The notes under the pieces are model-generated. The model was not told the origin of the DNA. It saw only the letters and a list, made by a program, of their open reading frames with translations, and did no database searches. A stretch of DNA of 64,000 bases from an uncultured delta proteobacterium (lineage in GTDB: Bacteria > Myxococcota_A > Polyangia > Polyangiales > Polyangiaceae), in the NCBI GenBank assembly GCA_963696385.1, contig CAVOKF010000005.1:480001-544000 (forward strand), given 5' to 3'. The translations under genes were made by a program, and so were the position numbers. Each line of letters starts with the position of its first letter. Within the stretch, counting starts at the first letter, position 1. Shown piece by piece: positions 41,144 to 51,816 of the stretch.

Positions 41144-43522
41144 CTATCCGGAGGGCGCCTGCCCCGGCCACGCCCAATGGCGGACCTCCGGTAAGTCTTC
41201 ACCGTAGCGGTCGATGTAGAGCTTGTGCTCGACGAGCTTGTCTCGGATGCGTTGCTTGATGTAGGCCCCGGCTCCGCCCGTTTGGGGGAGACGGTCGATC
41301 GCATCCATCACGAGGTGAAAGCGATCCAAGTCGTTCAGTACGGTCATGTCGAACGGCGTCGTGATGGTCCCTTCCTCTTTGTATCCCCGGACGTGCAGAT
41401 TCCTGTGGTTGGTGCGCCGGTAGGTGAGGCGGTGAATCAACCAAGGGTATGCGTGGAATGCGAAGATGACCGGCTTGTCGCGCGTAAAGATGGCATCGAA
41501 ATCGAGGTCGCTCAATCCGTGCGGATGCTCCGACTGCGGTTGCAGTTTCATGAGGTCGACGACGTTGACCACGCGGATCCGCAGGTCGGGGAGGTGCTCG
41601 CGCAAAAGCGAGACGGCGGCGAGCGTCTCCAGCGTGGGCACGTCCCCGCAACAGGCCATCACCACGTCGGGTTCGGCGCCCTGATCGTTGCTCGCCCACG
41701 GCCAGATGCCAATGCCCTCGCTGCAGTGCTTGATGGCGGCGTCCATCGTCAGCCACTGCGGCGCCGGGTGCTTTCCGGCGACGACGACGTTGACGTAGTG
41801 CCGGCTGCGCAGACAATGGTTCATCACCGACAGGAGGCAGTTGGCATCCGGCGGCAGGTAGACGCGGACGACCTCGGCTTTCTTGTTCACGACGTGGTCG
41901 ATGAAGCCGGGGTCCTGGTGGGTGAACCCGTTGTGATCCTGGCGCCATACATGGGAGGCTAGCAGATAGTTCAGCGAAGCGATCTTGCGTCGCCACGGCA
42001 GCTGCGAAGTGACCTTCAGCCACTTGGCGTGCTGGTTGAACATCGAATCGACGATGTGAATGAACGCCTCGTAGCAGTTGAAGAGTCCGTGCCGACCGGT
42101 GAGCAAGTACCCCTCCAGCCAACCCTCGCACTGGTGCTCGCTCAACATTTCCATTACTCGTCCGTCGCGCGCGAGAAACGGGTCGCTCGGAAGGGTACTG
42201 GCTTCCCACTGGCGTGCCGTTACCTCGAAGAGGGACTCGAGCCCGTTGGAGATCGTCTCGTCGGGCCCGAACACGCGGAAATTTCGCTGATCGACGTTGA
42301 GCTCCGCGACGTCTCGCAGGAAACGCCCGAGCACGTGGGTATCGCCGATGCCGCGCACTCCGGGGGAGGGTACGGCGACGGCGTAATCGCGAAAATCCGG
42401 CATTCGCAGGTCCCGCAATAAAATGCCGCCATTGGCATGGGGGTTCGCGCCCATCCGTCGGGCGCCTTTGGGCGCAAGCTCGGAAAGCTCCGGCTTCAGA
42501 CCCCCGCCTTCGTCGAAGAGCTCTTCGGGTCGGTAGCTCCGGAGCCAGTCCTCGAGCAGCTTCAGGTGCCCCGGATGGGTGGCCGGGTCGGAGAGCGGCA
42601 CTTGGTGCGATCGGGACGTGCCCTCGATTTGCAGTCCGTCCACCGTCTTCGGGCCCGTCCACCCCTTGGGTGAATCGAGGACGATCATCGGCCAGCGGGG
42701 GCGTGTCAGGTTGCCGTGGATGCGGGCGTCCGCTTGGATGCTTCGGATCTGCTCGACCGCAGTGTCGAGCGCCGTGGCCATCGCCTCGTGCATCGGCTCC
42801 GGCTCGTGGCCGCAGACGAAGTGAGGAACCCATCCGTAGCCGCGAAGCAATTGTTCCAGCTCTTCTCGGCTGATTCGGGCGAGGATCGTCGGATTGGCAA
42901 TCTTGTAGCCGTTGAGATGCAGAATCGGCAGCACCGCACCGTCGGTGACGGGATTGAGAAATTTATTGGAGTGCCAAGCCGTGGCAAGCGGGCCGGTCTC
43001 CGCCTCGCCGTCGCCCACGACGCAGGCGACGATGAGATGGGGATTGTCGAACACCGCGCCGAACGAGTGGCTGAGTGAATAGCCCAGTTCGCCCCCTTCG
43101 TGAATCGAACCGGGGCACTCCGGCGACGCGTGGCTCGGAATGCCCCCGGGAAACGAAAACTGAAGGAAGAGCTTGCGAAGTCCTGCCTCGTCCTGGCTGA
43201 TATTGGGATAGATCTCGCTGTACGTTCCCTCGAGATACGTGTTGCCCACCACGGCCGGACCGCCGTGTCCGGGACCCGAGACGTAGATCAGGTCGAGGTC
43301 GTATTTGTTGATGACCCGGTTCAAGTGCACGTAGATGAAGTTCTGCCCGGGGGTCGTGCCCCAGTGTCCGAGGAGCATGCGCTTCACGTCCGCGATCTCG
43401 AGCGGCCGCTTCAGCAGCGGATTGTCATAAAGATAGATCTGGCCGACGGATAGGTAGTTGGCGGCGCGCCAGTAGGCGTCGATCTTCCGGAGCAGTTCGG
43501 GTGTCAGCGTTCGGGTCGTCAT
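41144..43522 (-). CDS. xfp: Phosphoketolase (xylulose-5-P/fructose-6-P)
   Basis: [61 protein letters not shown]. Confidence 0.97.
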   Translation of the reverse strand: MTTRTLTPELLRKIDAYWRAANYLSVGQIYLYDNPLLKRPLEIADVKRMLLGHWGTTPGQNFIYVHLNRVINKYDLDLIYVSGPGHGGPAVVGNTYLEGTYSEIYPNISQDEAGLRKLFLQFSFPGGIPSHASPECPGSIHEGGELGYSLSHSFGAVFDNPHLIVACVVGDGEAETGPLATAWHSNKFLNPVTDGAVLPILHLNGYKIANPTILARISREELEQLLRGYGWVPHFVCGHEPEPMHEAMATALDTAVEQIRSIQADARIHGNLTRPRWPMIVLDSPKGWTGPKTVDGLQIEGTSRSHQVPLSDPATHPGHLKLLEDWLRSYRPEELFDEGGGLKPELSELAPKGARRMGANPHANGGILLRDLRMPDFRDYAVAVPSPGVRGIGDTHVLGRFLRDVAELNVDQRNFRVFGPDETISNGLESLFEVTARQWEASTLPSDPFLARDGRVMEMLSEHQCEGWLEGYLLTGRHGLFNCYEAFIHIVDSMFNQHAKWLKVTSQLPWRRKIASLNYLLASHVWRQDHNGFTHQDPGFIDHVVNKKAEVVRVYLPPDANCLLSVMNHCLRSRHYVNVVVAGKHPAPQWLTMDAAIKHCSEGIGIWPWASNDQGAEPDVVMACCGDVPTLETLAAVSLLREHLPDLRIRVVNVVDLMKLQPQSEHPHGLSDLDFDAIFTRDKPVIFAFHAYPWLIHRLTYRRTNHRNLHVRGYKEEGTITTPFDMTVLNDLDRFHLVMDAIDRLPQTGGAGAYIKQRIRDKLVEHKLYIDRYGEDLPEVRHWAWPGQAPSG

Positions 43523-43586
43523 GATCGTTCTCCCGAACCGTCGATCATCGAGAGGCCGGATGCAAGGACCCGGCGACGAGGCCCGG

Positions 43587-44360
43587 TCAAGCGCCGGATC
43601 GGGCCGCGCGCGTGCGCCGGGCGGCCCGGATCTCTTCTCCGGGATCTCCCGCTTGGCGTTCCTTGAGCTGCTCCCAACCGCGAGTGAATTCCTTGTCGAC
43701 TCGTCCGAGGTGAAGACGCATCGCTGTCCGCGCCGCGCGTCCGTCGCGGGCCTCGAGCGCGGTCAGAATGGCCTGGTGATCGCGCAGGGTGGCCGTTCGG
43801 AGCTCGGGAGTCTGGAAGTGGTGCTCCATGCGCTTCCAGATGGCGCCCCGTCCTTGGTCCCACAGATTGTGGACGACGGCGACGAGCACGCTGTTGTGAG
43901 CCGCCCGAGCGATGCCGAGATGGAACTCCCGATCGGCGGGATCGGTGTCGCGCGTCTGCCTGTGGCCCTGCTCCATTTCCAACACGGCGTGGCGGACGGG
44001 CTCCAAGTCTCCGGGCTTGGCGCTTCGTGCCGCCTCCGCCGCGATTTCGCCTTCGATGAGCCAGCGCGCGCGCAAAAGCTCGAACGGTCCCTGACCCTCG
44101 GCCGTAGGATCGACGGCCGCGACGGGTCGGCGCGGAGCGACGAAGATGCCTGCGCCGACGCGGACTTCCACCTTGCCTTCCACCTCGAGAGCGATCAGCG
44201 CTTCGCGCACCGACGGGCGCGACACGCCCAGTTGGACCGCAAGGTCGCGCTCCGATGGAAGGCGCGCTCCCTCGGGGTATTCGCCGGCCGCAATCAAAGA
44301 GGACAGTTGCCCGGCGATCTGGCGGTAGAGGCGCTGGCTTTCGACGACTTGAATGGGCAT
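43587..44360 (-). CDS. GntR/FadR-family transcriptional regulator (UxuR/ExuR-like), copy 2
   Basis: [30 protein letters not shown] domain DREFH...AHN...DH. Confidence 0.92.
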   Translation of the reverse strand: MPIQVVESQRLYRQIAGQLSSLIAAGEYPEGARLPSERDLAVQLGVSRPSVREALIALEVEGKVEVRVGAGIFVAPRRPVAAVDPTAEGQGPFELLRARWLIEGEIAAEAARSAKPGDLEPVRHAVLEMEQGHRQTRDTDPADREFHLGIARAAHNSVLVAVVHNLWDQGRGAIWKRMEHHFQTPELRTATLRDHQAILTALEARDGRAARTAMRLHLGRVDKEFTRGWEQLKERQAGDPGEEIRAARRTRAARSGA

Positions 44361-44632
44361 CCCGACGGCTCCGAAGTGTCCACGGCGCTTCGCCAGGGCC
44401 TGCAAATGAGGGATCGACCCTCCTTACCACGCGCCGCCTCTGTCTGGACTTGGCTAAATGTCCTTCGACGTAAACCGTAACGGGTCGGTCTCGGGTGTCA
44501 AGTTGCCTTACTCCGGAGCACACGCGCTCCCATCGCGTCCATCGCGCGCGCGGGCCGCGGCAGCGGTTGCCGGACGCAGTCGCGACGCCGTCCATTAAGC
44601 GCAACGCCGGGTCGGCCTTGCCACGGACGATC

Positions 44633-46048
44633 TCATAACCTGTAGGCGCGTTTCGCGAGGTTGTAGGCGAGATCCACTGCGAGCTCGGCCGCTTCGTCTT
44701 CGTCGAGACGATGCTCGGTGACCCACTTGGCCAGGATGGCGCAATCGACGCGCCGAGCGACGTCGTGGCGCGCGGGGATCGACAGGAAGGCGCGGGTGTC
44801 GTCGTTGAAGCCGACCGTGTTGTAGAAGCCCGCCGTCTCGGTCACGCGCTCCCGGTAGGTGCGGATTCCCTCCGGGCTGTCGAAAAACCACCAGGCAGGA
44901 CCGAGCTTGAGAGCGGGATAATGGCCCGCAAGCGGAGCGAGCTCGCGTGAGTACGCCGACTCGTCGAGAGTGAAGACGATGAGCGACAGGCGCTTGTCGT
45001 TTCCGAACCGATCGAGCAGGGGCTTGAGGGCGCGGACGTAGTCGGTCGCTGTCGGAATGTCCGCTCCCTTGTCTCTTCCGAATTTGTGGAGGATGTCGCG
45101 GTTGTGATTGCGGAACGATCCAGGGTGAATTTGCATGACGAGGCCGTCGTCGAGGCTCATTCGCGCCATCTCGGTCAACATCTGGCCGCGGAAGCATTCG
45201 GCTTCGCTCGGCGATACTGCCGATGCGAGCGCCTTGCCGAACAAGGCCTCGCACTCGGATCGCGAAAGATCGCACGTGAAGGCCGAAGGGTGACCGTGAT
45301 CGGTGGAGGTGGCGCCGTGCGAGGCGAAAAAGTGCCGTCGGGTCGAAAGCGCCCGCAAATACCCTTGCCACGATCCGGTATTTTCGCCAGTGATCGCGCC
45401 GAGCGCTTCCACGCCGCGCGCGAATCCCTCGAACTCGGGATCCACCACCGGGTCCGGCCGAAACGCGGTGATGACGCGACCGTTCCAGCCGGACCGGCGC
45501 AACGCGGCGTGATGGGCCAGGTCGTCGAGGGGCGATTCGGTCGTGGCGAGCACCTCGATGTTGAATCGTTCGAAGAGTGCGCGCGGGAGAAACTGGGGCC
45601 GCGGAAGGCAATCGGCGATCCGATCGTAAATCCGGTCCGCCGATTCCGGCGTGAGCCGCTCGTCGATGCCGAATACGTCGCGCAGCGCATGAGTGAGCCA
45701 CAGGCGCGATGGAGTGCCGCGAAACAGGTAAAAATGGTCCGCTAGCAACCGCCAGATTCTTCTCGAGTCTCGCTCCACGGGCTCGCCGTCCACGCGCGCG
45801 ATGCCGAGCGCCTCGAGGGGTACGCCCTGGCTGTAGAGCATCCGAAACACGTAGTGGTCGGGGACGACGAGCAACGTCGCCGGATCCACAAAAGGCCGGT
45901 TGTCGGCAAACCATGCCGGATCGCAGTGTCCGTGCGGGCTGAGGATCGGAAGCTGCCGCGAAAGGCCGTACAGGCGGCGCGCGACGTCGCGGGTCGGCGG
46001 ATCCGCCGGAAACAGTCGATCGTCGGAGAGCACCGAGGTCGTGGACAC
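44633..46048 (-). CDS. uxaC: Uronate (glucuronate) isomerase
   Basis: LPILSPHGH, PDHYVFRMLYSQG, TDHGH, MQIHPGS, GPAWWFFDS, GFNDDTRAF, ARHDVARR; GTG start at 46048 inferred. Confidence 0.95.
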   Translation of the reverse strand: MSTTSVLSDDRLFPADPPTRDVARRLYGLSRQLPILSPHGHCDPAWFADNRPFVDPATLLVVPDHYVFRMLYSQGVPLEALGIARVDGEPVERDSRRIWRLLADHFYLFRGTPSRLWLTHALRDVFGIDERLTPESADRIYDRIADCLPRPQFLPRALFERFNIEVLATTESPLDDLAHHAALRRSGWNGRVITAFRPDPVVDPEFEGFARGVEALGAITGENTGSWQGYLRALSTRRHFFASHGATSTDHGHPSAFTCDLSRSECEALFGKALASAVSPSEAECFRGQMLTEMARMSLDDGLVMQIHPGSFRNHNRDILHKFGRDKGADIPTATDYVRALKPLLDRFGNDKRLSLIVFTLDESAYSRELAPLAGHYPALKLGPAWWFFDSPEGIRTYRERVTETAGFYNTVGFNDDTRAFLSIPARHDVARRVDCAILAKWVTEHRLDEDEAAELAVDLAYNLAKRAYRL

Positions 46049-46053
46049 CGAGT

Positions 46054-46830
46054 CTAGCGCGCGGCTCGCGCGTACGCCCGCGCCGGTTGCAGGCGCGCCG
46101 GCCGCTCCGAGCAGAGCCCCTCGTCCGTCGCCTCCTTGATCGATTCCCAACCCCGGCTGAACTCGCGATGCACGCGCTTCAAGTGTCGGTGCATGGCGCT
46201 TCGGGCGGCGCGCGCATGGCGCTCCTCGATCGCCTGCAGGATGTCTTCATGGTCGCCCAGCATGTCGGCAAGCAACCGAGGCGTCTGAAAGTGGTGCTCC
46301 ATCCTCTTCCAGATCGTGCCGCGCCCTCGATCCCAAGCGTCTTGAACCACCGTGCCGAGCACGCTGTTGTGTGCGGCGCGAGCGACCGCGACGTGGAACT
46401 CGCGGTCGCTCTCGTCGGCGTTCCGACCGTGCGCGTGGCGGCGCCGCATCTCGCTCACCGCGGCACGGATCGCATCGACGTCTTGGGCGCGCGCGTGACG
46501 GGCCGCTTCCGCGGCAATCTCGCCTTCGATGAGGGCACGAGCGCGCAGCAGCTCGAAGGGGCCTTGTCCTTCGGAGGCGAGGTCGGTGGCGGGAACCGAC
46601 TGACTGGCCACGAAGATCCCGGATCCCACACGAACCTCCACCTTGCCGGCGACTTCGAGGGCAATCAGAGCTTCACGCACCGACGGACGGGAGACCCCGA
46701 GCTGGGCGGAAAGCTCGCGTTCGGAGGGCAGTCGCTCACCCTCCGCAAGCTCGCCGGACGCAATCAGTCTCGAGACTTGATCGGCTATTTGACGATAAAG
46801 ACGTTGGTTTTCGATGGTTTGCAGCGGCAT
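46054..46830 (-). CDS. GntR/FadR-family transcriptional regulator (UxuR/ExuR-like), copy 1
   Basis: Same motifs as 43587..44360; long shared stretches such as [30 protein letters not shown] and [12 protein letters not shown]. Confidence 0.92.
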   Translation of the reverse strand: MPLQTIENQRLYRQIADQVSRLIASGELAEGERLPSERELSAQLGVSRPSVREALIALEVAGKVEVRVGSGIFVASQSVPATDLASEGQGPFELLRARALIEGEIAAEAARHARAQDVDAIRAAVSEMRRRHAHGRNADESDREFHVAVARAAHNSVLGTVVQDAWDRGRGTIWKRMEHHFQTPRLLADMLGDHEDILQAIEERHARAARSAMHRHLKRVHREFSRGWESIKEATDEGLCSERPARLQPARAYARAAR

Positions 46831-46942
46831 GTCCCACATGCTTCCCGAGTGAGAAAGTCCGACGCTGTCGGTGGACGACGTCGCGCCGCGAAGTCCCTAT
46901 CCTCGTCGGTCTGAGTTGGACACATTCGTCAAAGTCAGTGTA

Positions 46943-46984
46943 AAGCTACCGGCCATTGGTCTGAATATCAAGTGGCCTGACCAT
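46943..46984 (-). promoter_or_regulatory. Sigma70-like promoter TTGATA-17-TAGCTT overlapped by FadR-type operator box ATTGGTCTGAATATCAAGTGGCCTGACCAT
   Basis: -35 at 46971-46966 and -10 at 46948-46943 on the minus strand; box 46955-46984 matches 51787-51816 at 27/30. Confidence 0.75.
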
Positions 46985-47114
46985 GGAGTTTTGCGATGGC
47001 ACGGTGCGGCAAGGCGGCGGACGGGCGTGAGACGAGGTGCGGGCAGGCCAGCCGTTCTCGCAGCCCCTCGACGCGGGTCCGGCTCGGTCGGCAAGCCGCG
47101 TGCGGAGTCGGTTC

Positions 47115-47891
47115 GTGACCGCGTCGGGCCTCGATTTGGGCGGTCAGGTCGCCGTCGTTCTTGGCGGGACCGGTGGCATCGGACGGGCGCTTGCGGTGGG
47201 GCTCGCGCAGGCGGGCGCCGATGTCGTCCCGACCGGGCGTCGGATCGATCACATCGATCGGACCGCAGCGGAGATCGAACAGGTCGGACGCCGTTCGCTG
47301 CGCATCGCGGCGGACGTGACCGACCGCGGGTCTCTCGAGCGCCTACTTGCGGCGACGGTGGGATCGCTCGGGAAAGTGGACATCCTCGTCAATTGCGCGG
47401 GCAAAATCAAGCGCTCGCCGACTCTGGATCTCGCCGAGTCGGACTGGAACGACATCCTCGAGACGAACCTCACGGGCACGTTGCGCGGATGCCAGATTTT
47501 CGGCAAGCACATGATCGATCGCGGGTACGGCCGGATCGTGAATGTGGCCTCGCTCACTTCGTTCGTCGCCCTCTACGAGGTCGCGGCGTACGGGGCCAGC
47601 AAGGCTGGGGTCGTGGCGCTCACCCGGTCGCTCGCCGTCGAATGGGGATCGAAAGGGGTCTGCGTGAACGCGGTCGCACCCGGAATCTTCCCTACCGATC
47701 TGAACGAAGAACTCTTGAACGGCACCGCGCGAGGGCGCGAGCTTCTCATGCGGACACCCCTCAAGCGATTCGGTCGGGTCGAAGAGGTCGTGGGAGCCGT
47801 GGTCTTTCTCGCGTCGCGGAGCGCAAGCTTCGTCAATGGGCAGGTCCTTGCGATCGACGGGGGCTTTCTCGCGAGCGGCGTCAACCAGTAG
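47115..47891 (+). CDS. SDR oxidoreductase (KduD/gluconate-5-dehydrogenase/fructuronate-reductase-like)
   Basis: GGTGGIG, LVNCAG, YGASKAG, VNAVAPG, IDGG; GGAG before GTG 47115. Confidence 0.88.
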   Translation: MTASGLDLGGQVAVVLGGTGGIGRALAVGLAQAGADVVPTGRRIDHIDRTAAEIEQVGRRSLRIAADVTDRGSLERLLAATVGSLGKVDILVNCAGKIKRSPTLDLAESDWNDILETNLTGTLRGCQIFGKHMIDRGYGRIVNVASLTSFVALYEVAAYGASKAGVVALTRSLAVEWGSKGVCVNAVAPGIFPTDLNEELLNGTARGRELLMRTPLKRFGRVEEVVGAVVFLASRSASFVNGQVLAIDGGFLASGVNQ

Positions 47892-47923
47892 TCCCCCGGC
47901 TGCTGGCGGCGGCAGAGAACGAC

Positions 47924-49189
47924 TCAATCGCCACCGAAAAGCGGGTCGATGTGTCGCTGCAGGTTTCGGGTGACGCACGGGGCGACGGTTTCTCGTCCGT
48001 CACGAAGCGCGGCCCGGAATTCCTCTCCCAGCTCCGCGGCGATCTTGAATGCGACATGCATCAGCTGGCGCACGTGAATGCTGAAGTCGGCGCAAGAAGG
48101 GTCGTGTCGAATGTGGTTGGCCAGTCGCTCCGCGCCAAACGTCGATACCTCGGATGGCGCCGGGAGCTTCGCCCGGTCGATCGCCACCACGGTCGCATAC
48201 GGAGCGCACAGCTCGTCGTAGCGCGCGAACGCAGCCGCATAGATCCGCTTGGCGAGGTCGAGGCCGGCCGGCCCCGATAGCGTCACTCCGACGACCTCCT
48301 CCAGCCACGTCGTCCCCGCAGTCTTCAGGTGCAATCCCTGATCGGACTTTCGCAGAGCCGCGCGCATGATCGGGTAAAGGGAAAACTTGTCGCTGCCCGT
48401 GTGGACGCTCAGCTTGAGCGACGGCGGAAAGCCGAAGACGTCGATCGCATGGCGAACCACGGCCAGGTCGGCCTCGAATTCGCGCGCGAAAATGCGCGTG
48501 TCGCCGACGTAGTCGATCCCCTTGAGGAACTTTCCCGAAAACTTGGGCGCGACGGTCTGCGCGGGGATGCGCTCGCGGGCGAGCGCTCCGAGCACGAAAA
48601 ACAGCTCCAGCGGCGACTGGGACTCCGAGGCCTCGTCGATGGACACCTCCGTGACGAACGGGTCCGCGCCCTTGGCGGCTTCGATCCGACGGTATGTCCG
48701 ACCGGCCTCCGCCGCGGCGCACACGTAGCGGCGGCCGATTTCCCGAAGAATGGGTTCGGTCACCTCGAAGGCCGCATCGACGCCCGGGATGCGCAACGTG
48801 CCGCGAAATGGTTTCATGTCCCGGACGAACGACTCGATGGCGCGCTCGTCTGCCGATTGGCCGATGAAGTCCGCGACATCGAGCGTGAAAAAGTTGCTCG
48901 ACGCAATGAACCGATCGACCGTCTTCACCCCGATGTGATCGGCATCGACGTAGTACGCGTACTGCCAGCCGGTGGCGCGCACCGCATTGTCGGCGGCGGC
49001 GCGTACGTCCTCCGGTCGGGTCCCGATGAGCGAGTGTTCGCGGTTCGACTTGTTCCACACGGGCACGATCAGGACACCGCGCTCTTCGGCTTTCCGAATG
49101 GCATCCAGTTGAGCGACGCCCTCCACGCCGAAGCGATCCCCGATGCCCAGCGAGTACTTTTCGATGATCATGGCGCTTGGTCTAGGCAT
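47924..49189 (-). CDS. uxaE: Tagaturonate/fructuronate epimerase family protein
   Basis: YSLGIGDRFG, DADH, FTLDV, EVSIDE, APKF, KGIDYVGD, KLSVHTGSDKFS, HLKTAGTTWLE. Confidence 0.88.
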   Translation of the reverse strand: MPRPSAMIIEKYSLGIGDRFGVEGVAQLDAIRKAEERGVLIVPVWNKSNREHSLIGTRPEDVRAAADNAVRATGWQYAYYVDADHIGVKTVDRFIASSNFFTLDVADFIGQSADERAIESFVRDMKPFRGTLRIPGVDAAFEVTEPILREIGRRYVCAAAEAGRTYRRIEAAKGADPFVTEVSIDEASESQSPLELFFVLGALARERIPAQTVAPKFSGKFLKGIDYVGDTRIFAREFEADLAVVRHAIDVFGFPPSLKLSVHTGSDKFSLYPIMRAALRKSDQGLHLKTAGTTWLEEVVGVTLSGPAGLDLAKRIYAAAFARYDELCAPYATVVAIDRAKLPAPSEVSTFGAERLANHIRHDPSCADFSIHVRQLMHVAFKIAAELGEEFRAALRDGRETVAPCVTRNLQRHIDPLFGGD

Positions 49190-49193
49190 GCGG

Positions 49194-50276
49194 TCAGCGC
49201 TGAATTCTCGCCGACCCTCCTCGAGCGAAGGCTCGGACCTGATCGATAGTCGCCATCGTCGTGTCCCCTGGAAACGTCGTCAGAAGGGCGCCGTGCGACC
49301 AACCAAGCCTCACGGCGTCCTCCGGGGTTTCGCCCGTGAGCAGACCGTAGAACAGACCGGCCGCGAAACCGTCGCCCCCGCCGACTCGATCGAACACCTC
49401 GATCTCGCAGGTGGGCGCGCTGACTTGCCGTCCTGCGATCCACGCGACGGCGCTCCATCCGTGGCGGTTGGCGGAGCGGACCTCGCGCAACGTCGTCGCC
49501 ACGGCTTTGATATTGGGGTGCTTCGCGATCACCCGTTCGATCATGCGAAAGAAGGCATCCGCTTGCAGACCGGACCGGTCGCTCACGTTGGGACCCGGGA
49601 CGCCGAGCCCGCGCTGCAGATCCTCTTCGTTGCCCACGAGGACGTCGACATGATCCGCGATCCGGCCGATGACCTCCGCCGCCTTGTTCGCCCCGCCCCA
49701 GACATTCCACAGCTTCTCGCGAAAGTTCAGGTCGAAGCTCACGATGGCGCCCGCCGCCTTGGCGGCCTTCATTCCCTCGAGAATCAGTTCTCCGGTCGTC
49801 TCGGAGAGAGAAGCAAAAATCCCTCCGCTGTGAAACCACCGCAACCCGCCGGCAAATATCCGATTCCAATCGAAATCGCCGGGCTTGAGCCGCGCCGCGG
49901 CCTCGTTCGCGCGGTTGTAGAAGACCACCGGGGGACGCAGACCGAAGCCGCGGTCGCTGTAGACGGTGGCCATGTTGGGCCCACGCACCCCATCGTGCGC
50001 GAAGTCCTTGGTGAAGGCGCGAACGCCCATGGCGCGGACGCGGTCCGCGATGAGGTTGCCGATGGGATAGTCCACCATCGCCGTCGCGATCGCTGTGTTC
50101 ATCCGAAAGCAGTCGGCCAGATTGGCCGTGACGTTGAACTCGCCGCCGCTCACGTGAACGTCGAAGTGCGTGGCTTTGCGAAACGGAACGATGCCCGGGT
50201 CCAGGCGGTGGACCAGTGCCCCGAGGCTCACGAAATCGAGACCCCCGCTTGGGGGGACGATCCATTCGGTACTCAT
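49194..50276 (-). CDS. PfkB-family sugar-acid kinase (KdgK-like)
   Basis: GGEFNV, SFDLNFREKLW, GNEED, DRVGGGDGF; start overlaps the larA-like stop (ATGA). Confidence 0.88.
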   Translation of the reverse strand: MSTEWIVPPSGGLDFVSLGALVHRLDPGIVPFRKATHFDVHVSGGEFNVTANLADCFRMNTAIATAMVDYPIGNLIADRVRAMGVRAFTKDFAHDGVRGPNMATVYSDRGFGLRPPVVFYNRANEAAARLKPGDFDWNRIFAGGLRWFHSGGIFASLSETTGELILEGMKAAKAAGAIVSFDLNFREKLWNVWGGANKAAEVIGRIADHVDVLVGNEEDLQRGLGVPGPNVSDRSGLQADAFFRMIERVIAKHPNIKAVATTLREVRSANRHGWSAVAWIAGRQVSAPTCEIEVFDRVGGGDGFAAGLFYGLLTGETPEDAVRLGWSHGALLTTFPGDTTMATIDQVRAFARGGSARIQR

Positions 50277-51580
50277 CGCGCGTCCCCGGCGTGTGCCTCC
50301 GTCACGAACGTCGCCGCGCTTCTCGGGGCCGAGTCGCCTTGCATGCGAAAGAGAAGCTCTCCCGCCTTGGCCACGTAGAGGACCCCGTCGTCCTCGCGCC
50401 CCATCCACTCTCGCGCATCGATCGTTCGAAAGTCGCGATAGCCGAGATTGATGGCCCGGCACTCGGCCTCCGGGATCTGCGTGGCTAGGGTGACGTGGAT
50501 GCGGGGTCGTTCGACGCCGTTCACGAAGGTGCCGATGCCTTTCACGTGGGTCGAGTGCGCGAGCACGCCCCTGGGGATGTCCCGGAAGCGATCCATCTGG
50601 TCGACGAAATAGTCACGCACGTGATAGCCGATTCGGCGAATCATTTCCCCGTGCGTGACCGACAGGCGCGCGATGTGAGGCGCGTAAATGATGAGCTCAC
50701 CGCCATCGGCTACGACCGGCTCGAGCTTGTAGGCGCACTTGCCCCCGACCCAAAGCTCGTCGTACATCGATGGCGCGCAGCTGAGTACGCCATGATACGG
50801 CCTTTCCGCGTACCGGATGTGGACGCGACCCGATAGGTCTGCGGCGGCGCTCCAAGCCTCTTCCGGAGCCCCGATGAACACGCCGATGAGCCCGCGATCG
50901 TGGACGACCAGGCTCACGCACTTGCGCTCGACCGGCACGAGCGCCGCGGCGCGGTCGACGATCGCTCGAACCGGAGTGTGCTTCGCGCCGATGATGCCGG
51001 GGTTCGTGATGAGCGCCCCCAGCCAGTGGAACATGTCGATGATTTCCGGTCCCGAGATACCCGGGAAGAGGTATTTGTTGCCGCCCGAGAAGCCGACGAC
51101 TTCGTGCGGGAAGGTGGGTCCGACGATCAGAAGCAAATCGTATTCGAGCGCGACCTTGTTGATCGTCACGTTGACCCGTTCGCGCATGCGGTCCGCGGAG
51201 AGTGTCTCGACTTCGGACTCGGTGATCTCCCCGATCGAGACGAGCTGCCCCGGGTCGTTCCAACGGTGATTCATGAACCGGGTCCGGGCGTAGCGGCTGC
51301 GTCGCTCGTGTCCCGTGATGCCCAACCGCTCGTTGATGCCGTCGTCAGTCATCGGCGGATGCGTGCCGAGCGCAATCAAAACGTCGAAGCACGCCGCGTC
51401 GTCGGCCATCAGGTCGTGCAGAATCCGAAACAGCAGGTCGATGGGCGCGGTTCGCGTATGGTCGGGGACGATGACGAGAACGCGGCGGCCGCGGACGTTC
51501 CAGTGCGCGATCTCGGCGGCGCACAGCGCGCGAACCGCCGGTTCTTCGATCCCGGCATCGTTTTGTGCAACGCCGATCAT
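50273..51580 (-). CDS. LarA-superfamily (nickel-pincer) 2-hydroxyacid racemase/epimerase
   Basis: PDHTR, ALGTH, PHEVVGFSGGNKYLFPG, FHW, GGK; these correspond to the LarA catalytic and cofactor-binding motifs. Confidence 0.85.
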   Translation of the reverse strand: MIGVAQNDAGIEEPAVRALCAAEIAHWNVRGRRVLVIVPDHTRTAPIDLLFRILHDLMADDAACFDVLIALGTHPPMTDDGINERLGITGHERRSRYARTRFMNHRWNDPGQLVSIGEITESEVETLSADRMRERVNVTINKVALEYDLLLIVGPTFPHEVVGFSGGNKYLFPGISGPEIIDMFHWLGALITNPGIIGAKHTPVRAIVDRAAALVPVERKCVSLVVHDRGLIGVFIGAPEEAWSAAADLSGRVHIRYAERPYHGVLSCAPSMYDELWVGGKCAYKLEPVVADGGELIIYAPHIARLSVTHGEMIRRIGYHVRDYFVDQMDRFRDIPRGVLAHSTHVKGIGTFVNGVERPRIHVTLATQIPEAECRAINLGYRDFRTIDAREWMGREDDGVLYVAKAGELLFRMQGDSAPRSAATFVTEAHAGDAR

Positions 51581-51775
51581 GGATCGAGCTGCGCCCGCCC
51601 CATCTCCCGCGGCATCGGGGTCCCGGATTTCGAGCCATCGACCCGCCGCGGATCGTTCGCGGTGGTGCGTGCCGCACCCGCGTTCGCCAGTGCCGGGTCG
51701 CGGCCCACGACGAGCCGCTTCACGCGCCGGCCCCCCTCGGGGGGGCATGTCCCGTCCGCATCGGTGGTAAGGCGG

Positions 51776-51816
51776 ACAGTACACCGATTGGTCGGGATAT
51801 CAAGTGGCCTTACCAT
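51776..51816 (-). promoter_or_regulatory. Sigma70-like promoter TTGATA-16-TACTGT overlapped by FadR-type operator box ATTGGTCGGGATATCAAGTGGCCTTACCAT
   Basis: -35 at 51803-51798, -10 at 51781-51776 on the minus strand, about 200 bp upstream of the larA-like gene. Confidence 0.72.
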
